A stretch of 57,661 nucleotides of DNA from a virus (Duplodnaviria; Caudoviricetes). Under the pieces are notes generated by a model that searched no databases, was not told the origin of the DNA, and saw nothing but the letters and a program-made list of their open reading frames with translations. The stretch spans positions 1 through 57,661 of IMG/VR virus record IMGVR_UViG_3300029268_000020, one strand, 5' to 3'. Shown piece after piece: positions 19,817 through 29,830 of this stretch (positions within the stretch are counted from its first letter, which is position 1; every line of letters begins with the position of its first letter). A program made the position numbers and the translations under genes.

Positions 19817-20554
19817 ATGACACTGCCGTATCAACAGGCCAGCGCGAGTTTTTTGGGGCTGATCGATGAAGTGACCGGAGTGCCGGCGGGCAACGTTGCG
19901 CGGCTGCAGCAGTCGTTTCCGCTTAGCCACAGCCAGGCGGTGGTGGTGACGGCGATCTGGGTCAAGTCGGCGCTGGCGGGGACGGGGCCGACGCGGGTGG
20001 TGGCCGCGGACGCGGCTTATAACGGGGCGGCGACGGCGACGATCAAGGCGACGCTGGCGGCGGCGGACCTGCGCACGGCGCCGGTGGCGGGCTCGATCGA
20101 GCTGGACGCGGGGGCCAGCCTGTACGTCTATTTCGAGCTGGCCGGCCAGCACGGCAACGTGGAGCTGGCGGTGGAGTACCGCCCGGTCTGGACACAGGAC
20201 GAAGTGGCGGCCGGGACGCTGCTGGCCGCGGTGGTGATCGACCGGGCGCGCTACCTGCTGGGCGACGAAGCCAAGACGGCGGCGAGCGACGCGCGGATGC
20301 TGGAGTGGCTGGCCGAGGGGCAGCAGCGGGTGCTGACGCGGCGGCCGGCGCTGCGCTGGGACGCGACGGGCACGGCGCGGGCGGCCATCCCGGATACCGT
20401 GGCGCTGGGCTCGACGCTGGTGCTGGGTTACCCGTGGGTGGACTGGCTGGTGCGCTGGGTCATGTGCTGGTGGCGGATCGCGCTGGACCCGGACAAAGCC
20501 AACCGGGAAGCGGCGCGGCAGGATTACGAGCAGTTGCTGGCGGAGCTGGGATAG
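19817..20554 (+). CDS. Second adaptor-like virion protein
   Basis: VIDRARYLLGD....SD..MLEWL.EGQ......RP. Confidence 0.6.
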   Translation: MTLPYQQASASFLGLIDEVTGVPAGNVARLQQSFPLSHSQAVVVTAIWVKSALAGTGPTRVVAADAAYNGAATATIKATLAAADLRTAPVAGSIELDAGASLYVYFELAGQHGNVELAVEYRPVWTQDEVAAGTLLAAVVIDRARYLLGDEAKTAASDARMLEWLAEGQQRVLTRRPALRWDATGTARAAIPDTVALGSTLVLGYPWVDWLVRWVMCWWRIALDPDKANREAARQDYEQLLAELG

Positions 20555-20659
20555 CAAAGGACAAAGGACGAAGGACGAAGGACAAAGGACGAAGAAGAAT
20601 TTCAAATTTCAAATTTCAGATTTCAGATTTGAGGACTAGGGACGAAGGACAAAGGACAA

Positions 20660-22282
20660 ATGAAACGGATCGTGATGGCGTTGATCGTATGGATGGCCGC
20701 GGCGGGGGCGGGGGCGGTGGAGTGGCCGCAGATCCCGGCGCGCTCGATTGTGCTGGGGGAGCGGGGCAGCAGCGCGGTGACGACGATGACCAAGGCCTGG
20801 GCGGACGCGCGGCCGGCGGTGGCGGGGACGGCGGGAGTCGGCAACTTCGCGGTGCAGGGGGCGACGAGCACGACGCTGGCCTGGACGGCGCCGCAAACGC
20901 TGACGGTAGGCCACGCGACGACGGCGACGGCAACGACGGGAGCGGCGGCCACGGCGACGACGGCGACGGTGGCGCTGGACGCGCAAGCGCACATCGCTAC
21001 GACTACCAACGTTCACGGCTTGACCTTCACTGGGGAAGGCGCAGGCGGCGGACTGGACGCCGACACGCTGGACGGACAGCAGGGGACCTATTACGCGACC
21101 TCAGCGACGGCGGCGGCGCACATCGCCAACACCAGCAACCCGCATAGCGTCACTCGGGCGCAGGTGGGGGCGGGCGCGTCCGATAGCCCCGGTTTCGCGG
21201 GAGTCTCAAGTACGGGTTCATTCTTCCTGCCCGACACGACCACAACCAGCACGGGCGTTCTTTATAAGAACAGCCTCGCCTTTCTCCATAACTACCCTGG
21301 CGGGACGCGGCGCAACACCTATCTGGGTTACTATGCGGGCAATCTCACCGGAACGCCGCGCACCAATGAGGGCAACACCGGGATCGGATACAAGGCGCTC
21401 AACGACCTCACGAACGGATCGACCAACGTGGCAGTCGGCCAGTATGCCCTTACCCATTGCACGACGGGGATCAACAACATCGCCGTGGGGGATGACGCGC
21501 TGCATACCAACACTTCTGGTTACAGCAACAATGCCATTGGCGTTGCCGCATTGTATTATAACACGATTGGCACGGAAAATGCCGCATTCGGGGCTTACGC
21601 TTTGCGGATGAACATCGATGGGGATTGCAACTATGCGGTGGGGCCGCACAGTCTTCAATACAACACGACGGGAGATTTCAATCTTGGGATTGGTTATGGT
21701 TCCGGGTACTGGAACTCGACTGGCTCCCTCAACACTCAGGTGGGCTGCTACGCGCTTTACTACAATCTGACGGGCGGCAACACGGCGCTGGGCTATCAGG
21801 CCGGCCGCGGCGACAATGCGACCGTCAATCGTCGGTCCTACCTCGACACCTACTCGATGTTTTTGGGCTATCAGGCGTCGCGGGCCTCCGGCGTCACGAC
21901 CTCGACCGTCCTTACCAACGCAATCAGCATCGGAAAAGATGCCCAGGTGGGGGCAAGCAATACCATGGCGCTGGGCGGGACCGGGGCCGACGCGATAAGC
22001 GTCGTCATCGGCGGCACGACGGCGACGCAGAAATTGGACGTGATCGGGGACATCCGGGCCACGGGCGGACTCTACACGGGCGGCAGCGCGGGAGTGGCGG
22101 GAACGCAGCGGATTGACAACATGGGCCAACTGACCGGGACCACCACCACACTGACCGGGGCGCTGAAGTTGACGCCGCGGGCGGACGTGCCGAGTTCGCC
22201 GACGGCGGGGATGATCTGGATGGGGACGGACGGGCATTTTTACGGGCATGGCGGCGGGGTGACGCGCCAGCTGGATAATTAA
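20660..22282 (+). CDS. Tail fibre/adhesin-like protein with N-x-A-x-G repeats and signal peptide
   Basis: MKRIVMALIVWMAAAGAGA|V; GLDADTLDG, HIANTSNPHSVT, ~14-aa NTGIGYKAL-type repeats. Confidence 0.8.
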   Translation: MKRIVMALIVWMAAAGAGAVEWPQIPARSIVLGERGSSAVTTMTKAWADARPAVAGTAGVGNFAVQGATSTTLAWTAPQTLTVGHATTATATTGAAATATTATVALDAQAHIATTTNVHGLTFTGEGAGGGLDADTLDGQQGTYYATSATAAAHIANTSNPHSVTRAQVGAGASDSPGFAGVSSTGSFFLPDTTTTSTGVLYKNSLAFLHNYPGGTRRNTYLGYYAGNLTGTPRTNEGNTGIGYKALNDLTNGSTNVAVGQYALTHCTTGINNIAVGDDALHTNTSGYSNNAIGVAALYYNTIGTENAAFGAYALRMNIDGDCNYAVGPHSLQYNTTGDFNLGIGYGSGYWNSTGSLNTQVGCYALYYNLTGGNTALGYQAGRGDNATVNRRSYLDTYSMFLGYQASRASGVTTSTVLTNAISIGKDAQVGASNTMALGGTGADAISVVIGGTTATQKLDVIGDIRATGGLYTGGSAGVAGTQRIDNMGQLTGTTTTLTGALKLTPRADVPSSPTAGMIWMGTDGHFYGHGGGVTRQLDN

Positions 22283-22302
22283 CGGAGACGGGAGTACTGC
22301 GG

Positions 22303-22686
22303 ATGGAGCAGGTCGTTATGGAGATTATCAGGGTTGCCGGGTTGCCGGGCGCCATCCTGGCCGCGTGCCTGTGGTATTTCATCACCACGGACAAGGCGCG
22401 CAAACTGGCGGACCTGGAGCGCGACCGGGCGCGGGTGGCGGCGGACCTGGAGCGCGAGAAGCGGACGGACTCGCGGCTGGACGAGCTGGAGAGCTACATC
22501 CGGGAGCGGCTGGACGGGATGCTGGAGCGGGCGACGCAGGCGATCCAGCAACAGGCCGACGCCAGCAACGCGTGCGCGCACGCCAACCGCAACATGCTGC
22601 AACTGCTGCAAGGGGGGCGGCTGGGGGCGATCCTGCCGGAGGCCGGAAGGGAGGAAGGGCGCAAGTTGCGGGCGGGGGAGGCGTGA
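22303..22686 (+). CDS. Membrane protein with one TM helix and a coiled coil (holin or spanin candidate)
   Basis: VAGLPGAILAACLWYFI; located at the start of the lysis region. Confidence 0.6.
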   Translation: MEQVVMEIIRVAGLPGAILAACLWYFITTDKARKLADLERDRARVAADLEREKRTDSRLDELESYIRERLDGMLERATQAIQQQADASNACAHANRNMLQLLQGGRLGAILPEAGREEGRKLRAGEA

Positions 22687-22800
22687 GGAAAATTGTAGAT
22701 TGTAGATTGTAGATTGCGGAGTGAGGAGTGCGGAGATACGGAATTTCAGATTTCAAATTTCAGATTTCAGATTTGTTGGGGGGAGAACGGGAGCGGGACA

Positions 22801-23514
22801 ATGCGTAAAGGGAATTTCAGATTTCAGATTTCAGATTTCAGATTCGGTCTGGCGCTGGCGGCGGTGGTGCTGTTGGCGGGGTGCGCGACGCCACGGCTGG
22901 AGTCGATGACGATGACCTGGGCGCCGGGGACGAGTCTGCCGGCGACGCTGGCGCGGACGACGGAAGAGGGCTACCAGTTATACTTCGGCGCGCGGCACCA
23001 GGCGACGGCCGGACCGGGGGCGCTGGCCAGCCAGGACGTGGACAAGAGTTCGACGGCGGCGACGATATTGGGGCTGGCCGGCATTGCGGCGGGGGCTTAC
23101 ACGTCCGGGCCGATCGGCGCGGTGGCCGGCGGAGTGGGCGGGGCGGCGGTGGGGCATTACCTGGACGGGGGCAACGCACCGACCACGAGCACGGCGGCGC
23201 TGCTGGCCAAGACCTCGCTGGCGGGGCCGGGGGCGGCGGGGCCACTGTCATCCGCGGGGGGGAGCCAAGCGACTGTGGTGACGCCGGGCGGCGCCCTGGG
23301 CGGGGTTTTGGGCAGCGGCGCGATATCGCCGTCCGTGGCCACGTTTTTGAAGGATTATATCAAGAGGAATCCGAGCGCCTGCAAACTGGTGCCGCTGCTG
23401 GGGCAGGACGGGGTTGATCAACTCATTGACCAGGTGACGGGCCGGGATGGGGCGGACTTGTCGGCGATTATCGGAGAGCTCTTGGCGCGGCGGACGGGGG
23501 TGAACAAGCCATGA
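22801..23514 (+). CDS. Lipoprotein with glycine zipper
   Basis: Lipobox LLAG|C; GAVAGGVGGAAVG; heptamer repeat inside the n-region. Confidence 0.7.
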   Translation: MRKGNFRFQISDFRFGLALAAVVLLAGCATPRLESMTMTWAPGTSLPATLARTTEEGYQLYFGARHQATAGPGALASQDVDKSSTAATILGLAGIAAGAYTSGPIGAVAGGVGGAAVGHYLDGGNAPTTSTAALLAKTSLAGPGAAGPLSSAGGSQATVVTPGGALGGVLGSGAISPSVATFLKDYIKRNPSACKLVPLLGQDGVDQLIDQVTGRDGADLSAIIGELLARRTGVNKP

Positions 23515-23708
23515 TACAGACCGAGACTGTAACCCGGACCATCGAAACCGATGACGCCAAGCAGGACGCGGCCTTGACCCTGATGCGGCGCGTCCTGGCT
23601 GAGGTAAGGGCGCTGCGGGAGCAGGTCGGGCATCTGGAGCACCTGGTGCGGGAAGGCCGGGAAGAACACACGGGCGAGGGCGACGGGTGCCACGGATCGG
23701 GATCTTGA
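23511..23708 (+). CDS. Small coiled-coil protein
   Basis: ATGA overlap with the upstream stop. Confidence 0.6.
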   Translation: MIQTETVTRTIETDDAKQDAALTLMRRVLAEVRALREQVGHLEHLVREGREEHTGEGDGCHGSGS

Positions 23709-23748
23709 CCACGGATGGGCGCGGAGGGGCGCGGAAAAGGAGGACAGT

Positions 23749-24333
23749 ATGGACAGACCGGAGGGATGTCGGTTTGACGAGGCGACGTGGGAGCGCTACT
23801 GCGCGACGGCGACGCGGGGGCGGCTGTTTCTCTCGGACTCGGGGGGCCAATACGGCCGGATGAACGAGGAGTATCAGCGGCGGCTGCGCAACCGGCCGGC
23901 GCCGGCGCCGCACATGAGCCACATCGGGGTGATCCTGGGTGAGCGGGGGATTGCCGAGGTGCGCAGCGACATCGGGCCGTGCGTCGATGGCAGCCTGGAT
24001 CGCTACACTGTGGGGGCGCAGAAGCTGATGATCGTGGAGCCGCAACCGGTGCTGACGACGCCGCAGGTGGACCGGGGTATTTCGCGGATGCTGGCCTTTG
24101 TGGCGCGCAAAAAGGAGAAAGGCACGCTGGGTTACGACTGGACCTCGCTCTGGTCCAAGGGCCGATTGTGCGAACCCGGCCACGATATCTGTTCGGAGTT
24201 TGCGGCGAAGTATCTCTATATCGCCTGGGGAGACGAGTTGTTTCAGCAGGCCACCGGGATCGATCCGCTGGACGAGGAGCTGGTGCTGCCGGACGATTTC
24301 TTTGGGTTTTGCACGGTCATGTTCGAGGGGTGA
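23749..24333 (+). CDS. Permuted papain-like NlpC/P60 amidase (YiiX/YebB-like)
   Basis: SHIGVI...GYDW...ICSEFAA (His precedes Cys). Confidence 0.75.
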   Translation: MDRPEGCRFDEATWERYCATATRGRLFLSDSGGQYGRMNEEYQRRLRNRPAPAPHMSHIGVILGERGIAEVRSDIGPCVDGSLDRYTVGAQKLMIVEPQPVLTTPQVDRGISRMLAFVARKKEKGTLGYDWTSLWSKGRLCEPGHDICSEFAAKYLYIAWGDELFQQATGIDPLDEELVLPDDFFGFCTVMFEG

Positions 24334-24400
24334 GGGGGAGAGGGAGAGGGGATTTTAACCACGGATGGCGCGGAAGGCGCGGATGGAAAGGGTCAAAGGA

Positions 24401-25033
24401 ATGAAGATCAATTCGGAGTTCGTGCGGGCGATGCTGCCGGCGGCGGTGGAGGCGATCGGGCGCCAGCATGGGTTTCTGGTGGAGTGGGCGATCGCCAAGG
24501 CGGGGCAGGAGTGCGGCTGGAACGTGAACAACTGCCTGGTGACGCGCGCCAACAACTGCCTGGGGATCAAGGCCGGGGTGTTCTTCGAGGAGAGCGGCAA
24601 GTGGGCGACGTTCGACGTGCCGCTGATCTGGATCGGGGACTCGACGGCGGACGGGCGCGACGATGGGCGGGTGCCGTGGCGGAGGTTCGATTCGCTGGCG
24701 CAATGTTTCGGAGAGTTCGTGCGCATGATCAACGACCGCGAGCCGTATCATCCGCTGCGCGACAAGACGGCGGGGCTGTATGAGGAGTTGCTGGCCAAGG
24801 TTAACGGCGCCCTGGGGCAGCTACGAGCAGAGACCGTGGCGGCGTTCGAGAATGTTTACACCGACAACCTCAAGGGACACGCCGAGGCGATCCTGGGGGG
24901 CATCCATGAGGTCAAACGGCTGCTGGAGGCGGAACATATCTGCGACGAAAAGGGGCGGCTGGGGGCGGGTGAAAGCGAGAAGTTCTGGATGCAGCGGACG
25001 GGCCTGAAGGGAAGGAACACGGAGGGTATTTAA
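24401..25033 (+). CDS. Endolysin, GH73 glucosaminidase (FlgJ-like)
   Basis: AIAKAGQECGW...ANNCLGIKA...WRRFDSL..CF. Confidence 0.78.
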   Translation: MKINSEFVRAMLPAAVEAIGRQHGFLVEWAIAKAGQECGWNVNNCLVTRANNCLGIKAGVFFEESGKWATFDVPLIWIGDSTADGRDDGRVPWRRFDSLAQCFGEFVRMINDREPYHPLRDKTAGLYEELLAKVNGALGQLRAETVAAFENVYTDNLKGHAEAILGGIHEVKRLLEAEHICDEKGRLGAGESEKFWMQRTGLKGRNTEGI

Positions 25034-25220
25034 GGAGAATTTGACCACGGATGGCGCGGAAGGACGCGGATAAGGAAAGGAATTTCAGATTTCAGATTTC
25101 AAATTTCAGATGGGCGGACAAGATGTCCGCGCTCTCAGAAGGGGAATTTGACCACGGATGGCGCGGGAGGGCGCGGATAGGTCCGGACCGGGCCACGAAA
25201 AACACGAAAGACACGAAAAA

Positions 25221-28200
25221 ATGAAGATCGGCTGGGGACCAGGACTTAGGGGGATGACGGCGGCGATCGCGGAGGAGGCGATCGCGCACGGGGGGGCGAA
25301 GTGGGCCCAGAACGTGGCGCTGGCCAGCGGCGTGGCGCGGCCGATCGCGCTGGTGGCGCCGACGGCGCCGCCGGGCAAGCTGTGGAACGATTCGGGGATG
25401 GTGGGGGAGATCGCGGCGGCGGAGCTGGCGACGCTGACGCCGCCGGGGGCGCCGACGGCGGCCAAGGTGTGGAAGGCGCTGCCGCTGGGGGCGGGAGCGG
25501 AGACGGGCTGGATCGAAATCGCGGCGGTTTACTGGCTGAGCTATCTCGGCGCCGAAACCGCCGGGCAAGTCGGCCACGTCCAGACGAGCGTGACTCTGAC
25601 GCTGGGCAGCGTGATCCGGACGCGGACGGGGTTTCAGATCCAGGCGACCCTGAATGACACCACCGCATCGTTGGACGCGGCAGTGGAGTATGAGCTGCAC
25701 GGCCCGCGCTTTTATTATCACCTCATCGCCCCCGGCACGGGAATTGTCGACGGAGGGCCGGCCGCCGAACATTATTTCCCGCCCGACGGCGGCGAAATAT
25801 CGGCCGATCCGTACGTCATCCCGTTCTCCGTGCCGCTGGTGCATGGCGGCAGGACCTACGGCGAGCTGAGCCTGCGCGACGTGGCCGGGCCGCTGTGGGA
25901 CGCCAGCTACACGCCGGCGGCCAACACGATCGTGGACCTGGAGGGCGGCCAGGTCCTGTTTACGTTCGATTGCAATTACCAGGGCGTGGACGCGCGGACG
26001 CGGCTATGGAGGTTCGTGCAGGCGCTGGTGGACGCCGACGCCAACGGCAACCGGGAATTTCCGCCGAGCGAGATTCTAACGGTGACGGTGGATCCGGGCG
26101 AGGCGCTGACGCTGACCTTGCCGGGCAACGCGCCGGCGGGGACGGGGGCGCACCGGCATCTATACGAGGGCGGCGCCAGCGGCGACCGCTGGCTGCTGCG
26201 GGCGGACGACATCGCGGGCAACGCCCCCACCTGGGCCGACGACGGCCTGCCGGCGCAGGAAGTGGAGCTGCCGCCTTATGGCAATTTCGGGGACAGCGGC
26301 GAGGCGGCGGTGGAGACGTTCCGCAAGTGGTCGGTGATCTATCACGACTTCGGAGTGGCGCTGGTCAACGTGGGGGCCAAGGCGGTGGTGTGCTTCTCGG
26401 ATTACAAGCGGCTGCACGCCTGGCCGGAGGAGTGGATGGTCAAGAGCTTCAGCGCGGCCGGGGTGGGGCTGGACTGGTGCGCGGGGGGCGTGCTGGCGTG
26501 GATCGGGACGGAATTGTGGCTGTTCGCGGGGCACAACCCGGCGCAGATGAGCCGCCAGCGCCTGAGCTCGACATATCCGCTCCTGAGCGACAAGGGCAAG
26601 GGGCGGATCGGGGGAACGGTCTACTGGGTGACGAGCGACGGGCTGGCGGCCAGCAGCGGCGGGCCGCCCGAGCTGGTGACGCGGGACATCTACACCGCGG
26701 CGCAGTGGGCGGCGATGACGCCGGCGAGCATGACGCTGATGACGAGCAACGACACGCTGCTGATCGCCGGGGGAACGGTCAATATCCACGTGGAGCGGAC
26801 GGGGCGCGGGCTGGAGTTTTCGGAATATACGGCGCTGACGGGGGTGCAGCCAAGTTGGTGGTCGGGGACGGTGCTTCTGGACGAGCCGGCGGTGATGGAC
26901 TGGGCGCGGGTGACGGCCGACGCCAACGTGGAGTTGTCTGTTTACGCCGACGGAGCGGCGCCGCCGGCGGCCTTGCAGAACCAGCCGGCGGGGATCGTGG
27001 CGCTGGCGGGGCTGGGACCGGCGCGGTCCTGGGCGGTCAAGGCGAAGCTGCTGGCGACGGATGCGACCAAGGCGCTGCGGCGGATCGAGCTGGTGGCGCG
27101 CAGCGTGATCGAGGCGGGGGCGACGACGGTGGTGACGCCGGGGATGGTGGAAGGGATCTTCGGCGACGTGTGGCTGCATTGGAAGGGGGCGCCGGCGCAG
27201 ATCGCGGCGGTGCTGGTGACGCTGGGAGGCAACGCCGCGGCCGCCTGCCGGGTAAGGCTGGCCGACCGCTACGGCAACGAGCTGACGGCGGCGGGCGGGG
27301 AGGAATACGACACGGTGCGCGCGCTGTCGAGCGAGACGGGGCTGGTGGCGCTGTATTCCAAGACGCTGGACGCGGCGGACCTGGCGCGGGTGCAGGTGCT
27401 CAACGAGAGCGACGACGGGGCTTATAACGGCGTGGTGGAGTCGGTGACGGTCATCACGCGGCGGACGCGCAACGTGGGCGAAGAGGACCTGGTGATCCAG
27501 GGGGCGCGGACGGGGGCGGATATCGCCGGGATCCCGGAGTGGATGTATACGACGTACGTGTTCGGGCGGCGGCACTACGTGGTCGGGGTGACGGTCCAGG
27601 CGAACAATTACGAGGAGCTGGCCTGCAACCTGTCGCTGGACGGGGGCGAGGCGGTGCAGCCGCTGGGGACGCTAGGGCGGCTCTACGCGCCGCTGGAGGC
27701 GCCGGCGCAAGCCAACCAGGTGGAACTGGACTTCGGGGGCGAGCTGGACAATGAAGTGCTGGCGTACGCGGCGCGGGTGGCGCGGGTGCGGGTGCACGCG
27801 CAGGAGCCGGAGACGATCGGGCCGGGCGGGGCGCGGATCAGGAGCGACTTCCGGGACCGGCTGTTCAAGTTCGACGAGCCGCGGGCGATCGCGGCGGTGG
27901 GGATCGGGGTGCACGGCGGCGCCTGGACGGGTTCGCTCGAGCTGACGCGCGACCTGGACGCGGCCGGCACCACGTGGAACTATGCGCTGGAGGCGGACGG
28001 GGCGGCGCCCAGCCCGAGCCGGCGGCTGATCCCGGCGCCGCGGGCGAGCCAGGTCGAGGGGAGCCTGTGGCTGGCGGACCTTGAAGTGACGGGCGGGCTG
28101 CCGTTCCTGCTGGAGCTGCTGCCGCGGCGGGAGGTGGATTGCAGCGGACTGAGGCAGTTGCGGGTGGGCGGCCGGCAGGGCGCGGCAGCGCGCAACGTGG

Positions 28201-29708
28201 TGGAGCGTTACAATTTCGGGCGACCGGTCAAGGCGGCAAGCTTCAAGGTGGAGAGCGCGGCGACCACGGCGGCGCCGCTGACGCTTGAGCTGTGGCCCGA
28301 CGGATCCCTGGGGGCGCCCGTAACGCTGACGATCACCAGCGGGCGCGAGCTGCTGGCGCCGGCGGAGCTGGGGACCTTCCGGACGCTGGATTACCTGGTG
28401 GTGGACGCGAGCGGGGACCTGGCCAGCTACAACACGCTGACGCTGTGGCTGGAGGAGGCCGAGCCGCTGGGCGGCGGGGGCTACCACCAGAGCGATCCCG
28501 AGCACACGCGCGGGCTGCTGCTGACGCTGGAGGAGCCGGGGACGCTGAGCGCCATGCGGGTGGAGTGGGACGCGGCGAGCTGGCCGACGGCGGCGATGGT
28601 GCTGAGCGTCAAGTGCGACGGGACGTTGCTGGACTTCGGCGCGGGGGCGGGCCAGCAGAACCAGGCGGTGACGGACGGCGGGCTGATATTGCTGCCGGCG
28701 GCCAGCGGGACGCAATGGTGGATCGACCTGGACCCGGACGCGGGCGGGGCGAATCACGGGCCGGTGAAAATCAAGGCGCTGCACGTATGGGGGCGGCTGG
28801 GGCGCATGGCGGCGGGGCCGGCGTCGACGCTGGACGCCTTGCCGGCCGACGTGCCGGAGTGGCTGAAGCGCGAGGCCTATTACAACACGGACGCCGAGGT
28901 GGTCAGTGCGCTGGTGCGGTGCACGGGAGCGGCGCCGGTATTGTGGCTGACCAAGAACGGCGGGGCGCGGACGAGCCGCGGAGCGATGGCCGACGACGTG
29001 GAGCTGGCGCTGAGCGGGCTGGAGGCGACGCACAAGCTGGCGGCCGACTTCGCCGGGGGCGACATGGCGGTGGCCAAGCTGAGCTTTTTCACGCGCGAGG
29101 AGCGGGAGATCGGCGTGGCCGGGCTGGCGCTGCCGGGAATGCAGATGACGCGGGGCTGGCTGGGCCATAAGGCGCGGTTCCGGGAGCCGGGCAGCTTCGA
29201 CGTGGGCCAGGTGGCCGCCTCAAGCTACGACGGGCTGACGCTGACCGTAGGCGGGCAGACGTGGGCCGTGGCCAGCGCGGCGGAATTCGCGCTGACCTGG
29301 GGCGACGATGAGTGGCTGGGCGAAGCGCAGGAATGGGAGTGGTCGGTGGCGCGACCGGCCGGGGCGGAGATTTACGGAATCAAGATCGTGGGCCGGGTGG
29401 AGTGGCCGCTGAAAACCGGGGTGTGGACGGTGCGCCAGGCGGAAGAGCCGCTGGCCTGGATCTGCCGGCGGCTGGTGGCAACGCAACCGGCGCGGCCGGC
29501 GGCGGCGCGGGTGCTGGCGACGGCCTACCCGGTGAGCCTGAGGCTGCGGGGCGACGCAGAGCTTTACGATGCGGTATCGATCCCCAGCCAGAGGGCGGTG
29601 TGGCTGCCGCGCATGGCGGGGGCGCGGCGCTGGATGATGGATGTGACGGCGCCGGCGGGGGCGCGGATCATCGAGGCGACGGTGGGGACGGGGATGGACG
29701 GGATGTGA
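25221..29708 (+). CDS. Large tail nozzle/stabilisation protein with repeated C-terminal domains
   Basis: VCFS....HAWPEEW, VYWVTSDGL...G...LVT..I.T..QW....P.SM; ~1495 aa. Confidence 0.75.
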   Translation: MKIGWGPGLRGMTAAIAEEAIAHGGAKWAQNVALASGVARPIALVAPTAPPGKLWNDSGMVGEIAAAELATLTPPGAPTAAKVWKALPLGAGAETGWIEIAAVYWLSYLGAETAGQVGHVQTSVTLTLGSVIRTRTGFQIQATLNDTTASLDAAVEYELHGPRFYYHLIAPGTGIVDGGPAAEHYFPPDGGEISADPYVIPFSVPLVHGGRTYGELSLRDVAGPLWDASYTPAANTIVDLEGGQVLFTFDCNYQGVDARTRLWRFVQALVDADANGNREFPPSEILTVTVDPGEALTLTLPGNAPAGTGAHRHLYEGGASGDRWLLRADDIAGNAPTWADDGLPAQEVELPPYGNFGDSGEAAVETFRKWSVIYHDFGVALVNVGAKAVVCFSDYKRLHAWPEEWMVKSFSAAGVGLDWCAGGVLAWIGTELWLFAGHNPAQMSRQRLSSTYPLLSDKGKGRIGGTVYWVTSDGLAASSGGPPELVTRDIYTAAQWAAMTPASMTLMTSNDTLLIAGGTVNIHVERTGRGLEFSEYTALTGVQPSWWSGTVLLDEPAVMDWARVTADANVELSVYADGAAPPAALQNQPAGIVALAGLGPARSWAVKAKLLATDATKALRRIELVARSVIEAGATTVVTPGMVEGIFGDVWLHWKGAPAQIAAVLVTLGGNAAAACRVRLADRYGNELTAAGGEEYDTVRALSSETGLVALYSKTLDAADLARVQVLNESDDGAYNGVVESVTVITRRTRNVGEEDLVIQGARTGADIAGIPEWMYTTYVFGRRHYVVGVTVQANNYEELACNLSLDGGEAVQPLGTLGRLYAPLEAPAQANQVELDFGGELDNEVLAYAARVARVRVHAQEPETIGPGGARIRSDFRDRLFKFDEPRAIAAVGIGVHGGAWTGSLELTRDLDAAGTTWNYALEADGAAPSPSRRLIPAPRASQVEGSLWLADLEVTGGLPFLLELLPRREVDCSGLRQLRVGGRQGAAARNVVERYNFGRPVKAASFKVESAATTAAPLTLELWPDGSLGAPVTLTITSGRELLAPAELGTFRTLDYLVVDASGDLASYNTLTLWLEEAEPLGGGGYHQSDPEHTRGLLLTLEEPGTLSAMRVEWDAASWPTAAMVLSVKCDGTLLDFGAGAGQQNQAVTDGGLILLPAASGTQWWIDLDPDAGGANHGPVKIKALHVWGRLGRMAAGPASTLDALPADVPEWLKREAYYNTDAEVVSALVRCTGAAPVLWLTKNGGARTSRGAMADDVELALSGLEATHKLAADFAGGDMAVAKLSFFTREEREIGVAGLALPGMQMTRGWLGHKARFREPGSFDVGQVAASSYDGLTLTVGGQTWAVASAAEFALTWGDDEWLGEAQEWEWSVARPAGAEIYGIKIVGRVEWPLKTGVWTVRQAEEPLAWICRRLVATQPARPAAARVLATAYPVSLRLRGDAELYDAVSIPSQRAVWLPRMAGARRWMMDVTAPAGARIIEATVGTGMDGM

Positions 29709-29830
29709 TGAGGAATTGGAGATTGGAGATTGTAGATTGCGAATTGTAGATTGCGGATTGCGGATTGGGAGGAATTGCGGAATTGACCACGAAAGACACG
29801 AAGCACACGAAAGAGTGAGAGGTGAGGGCG

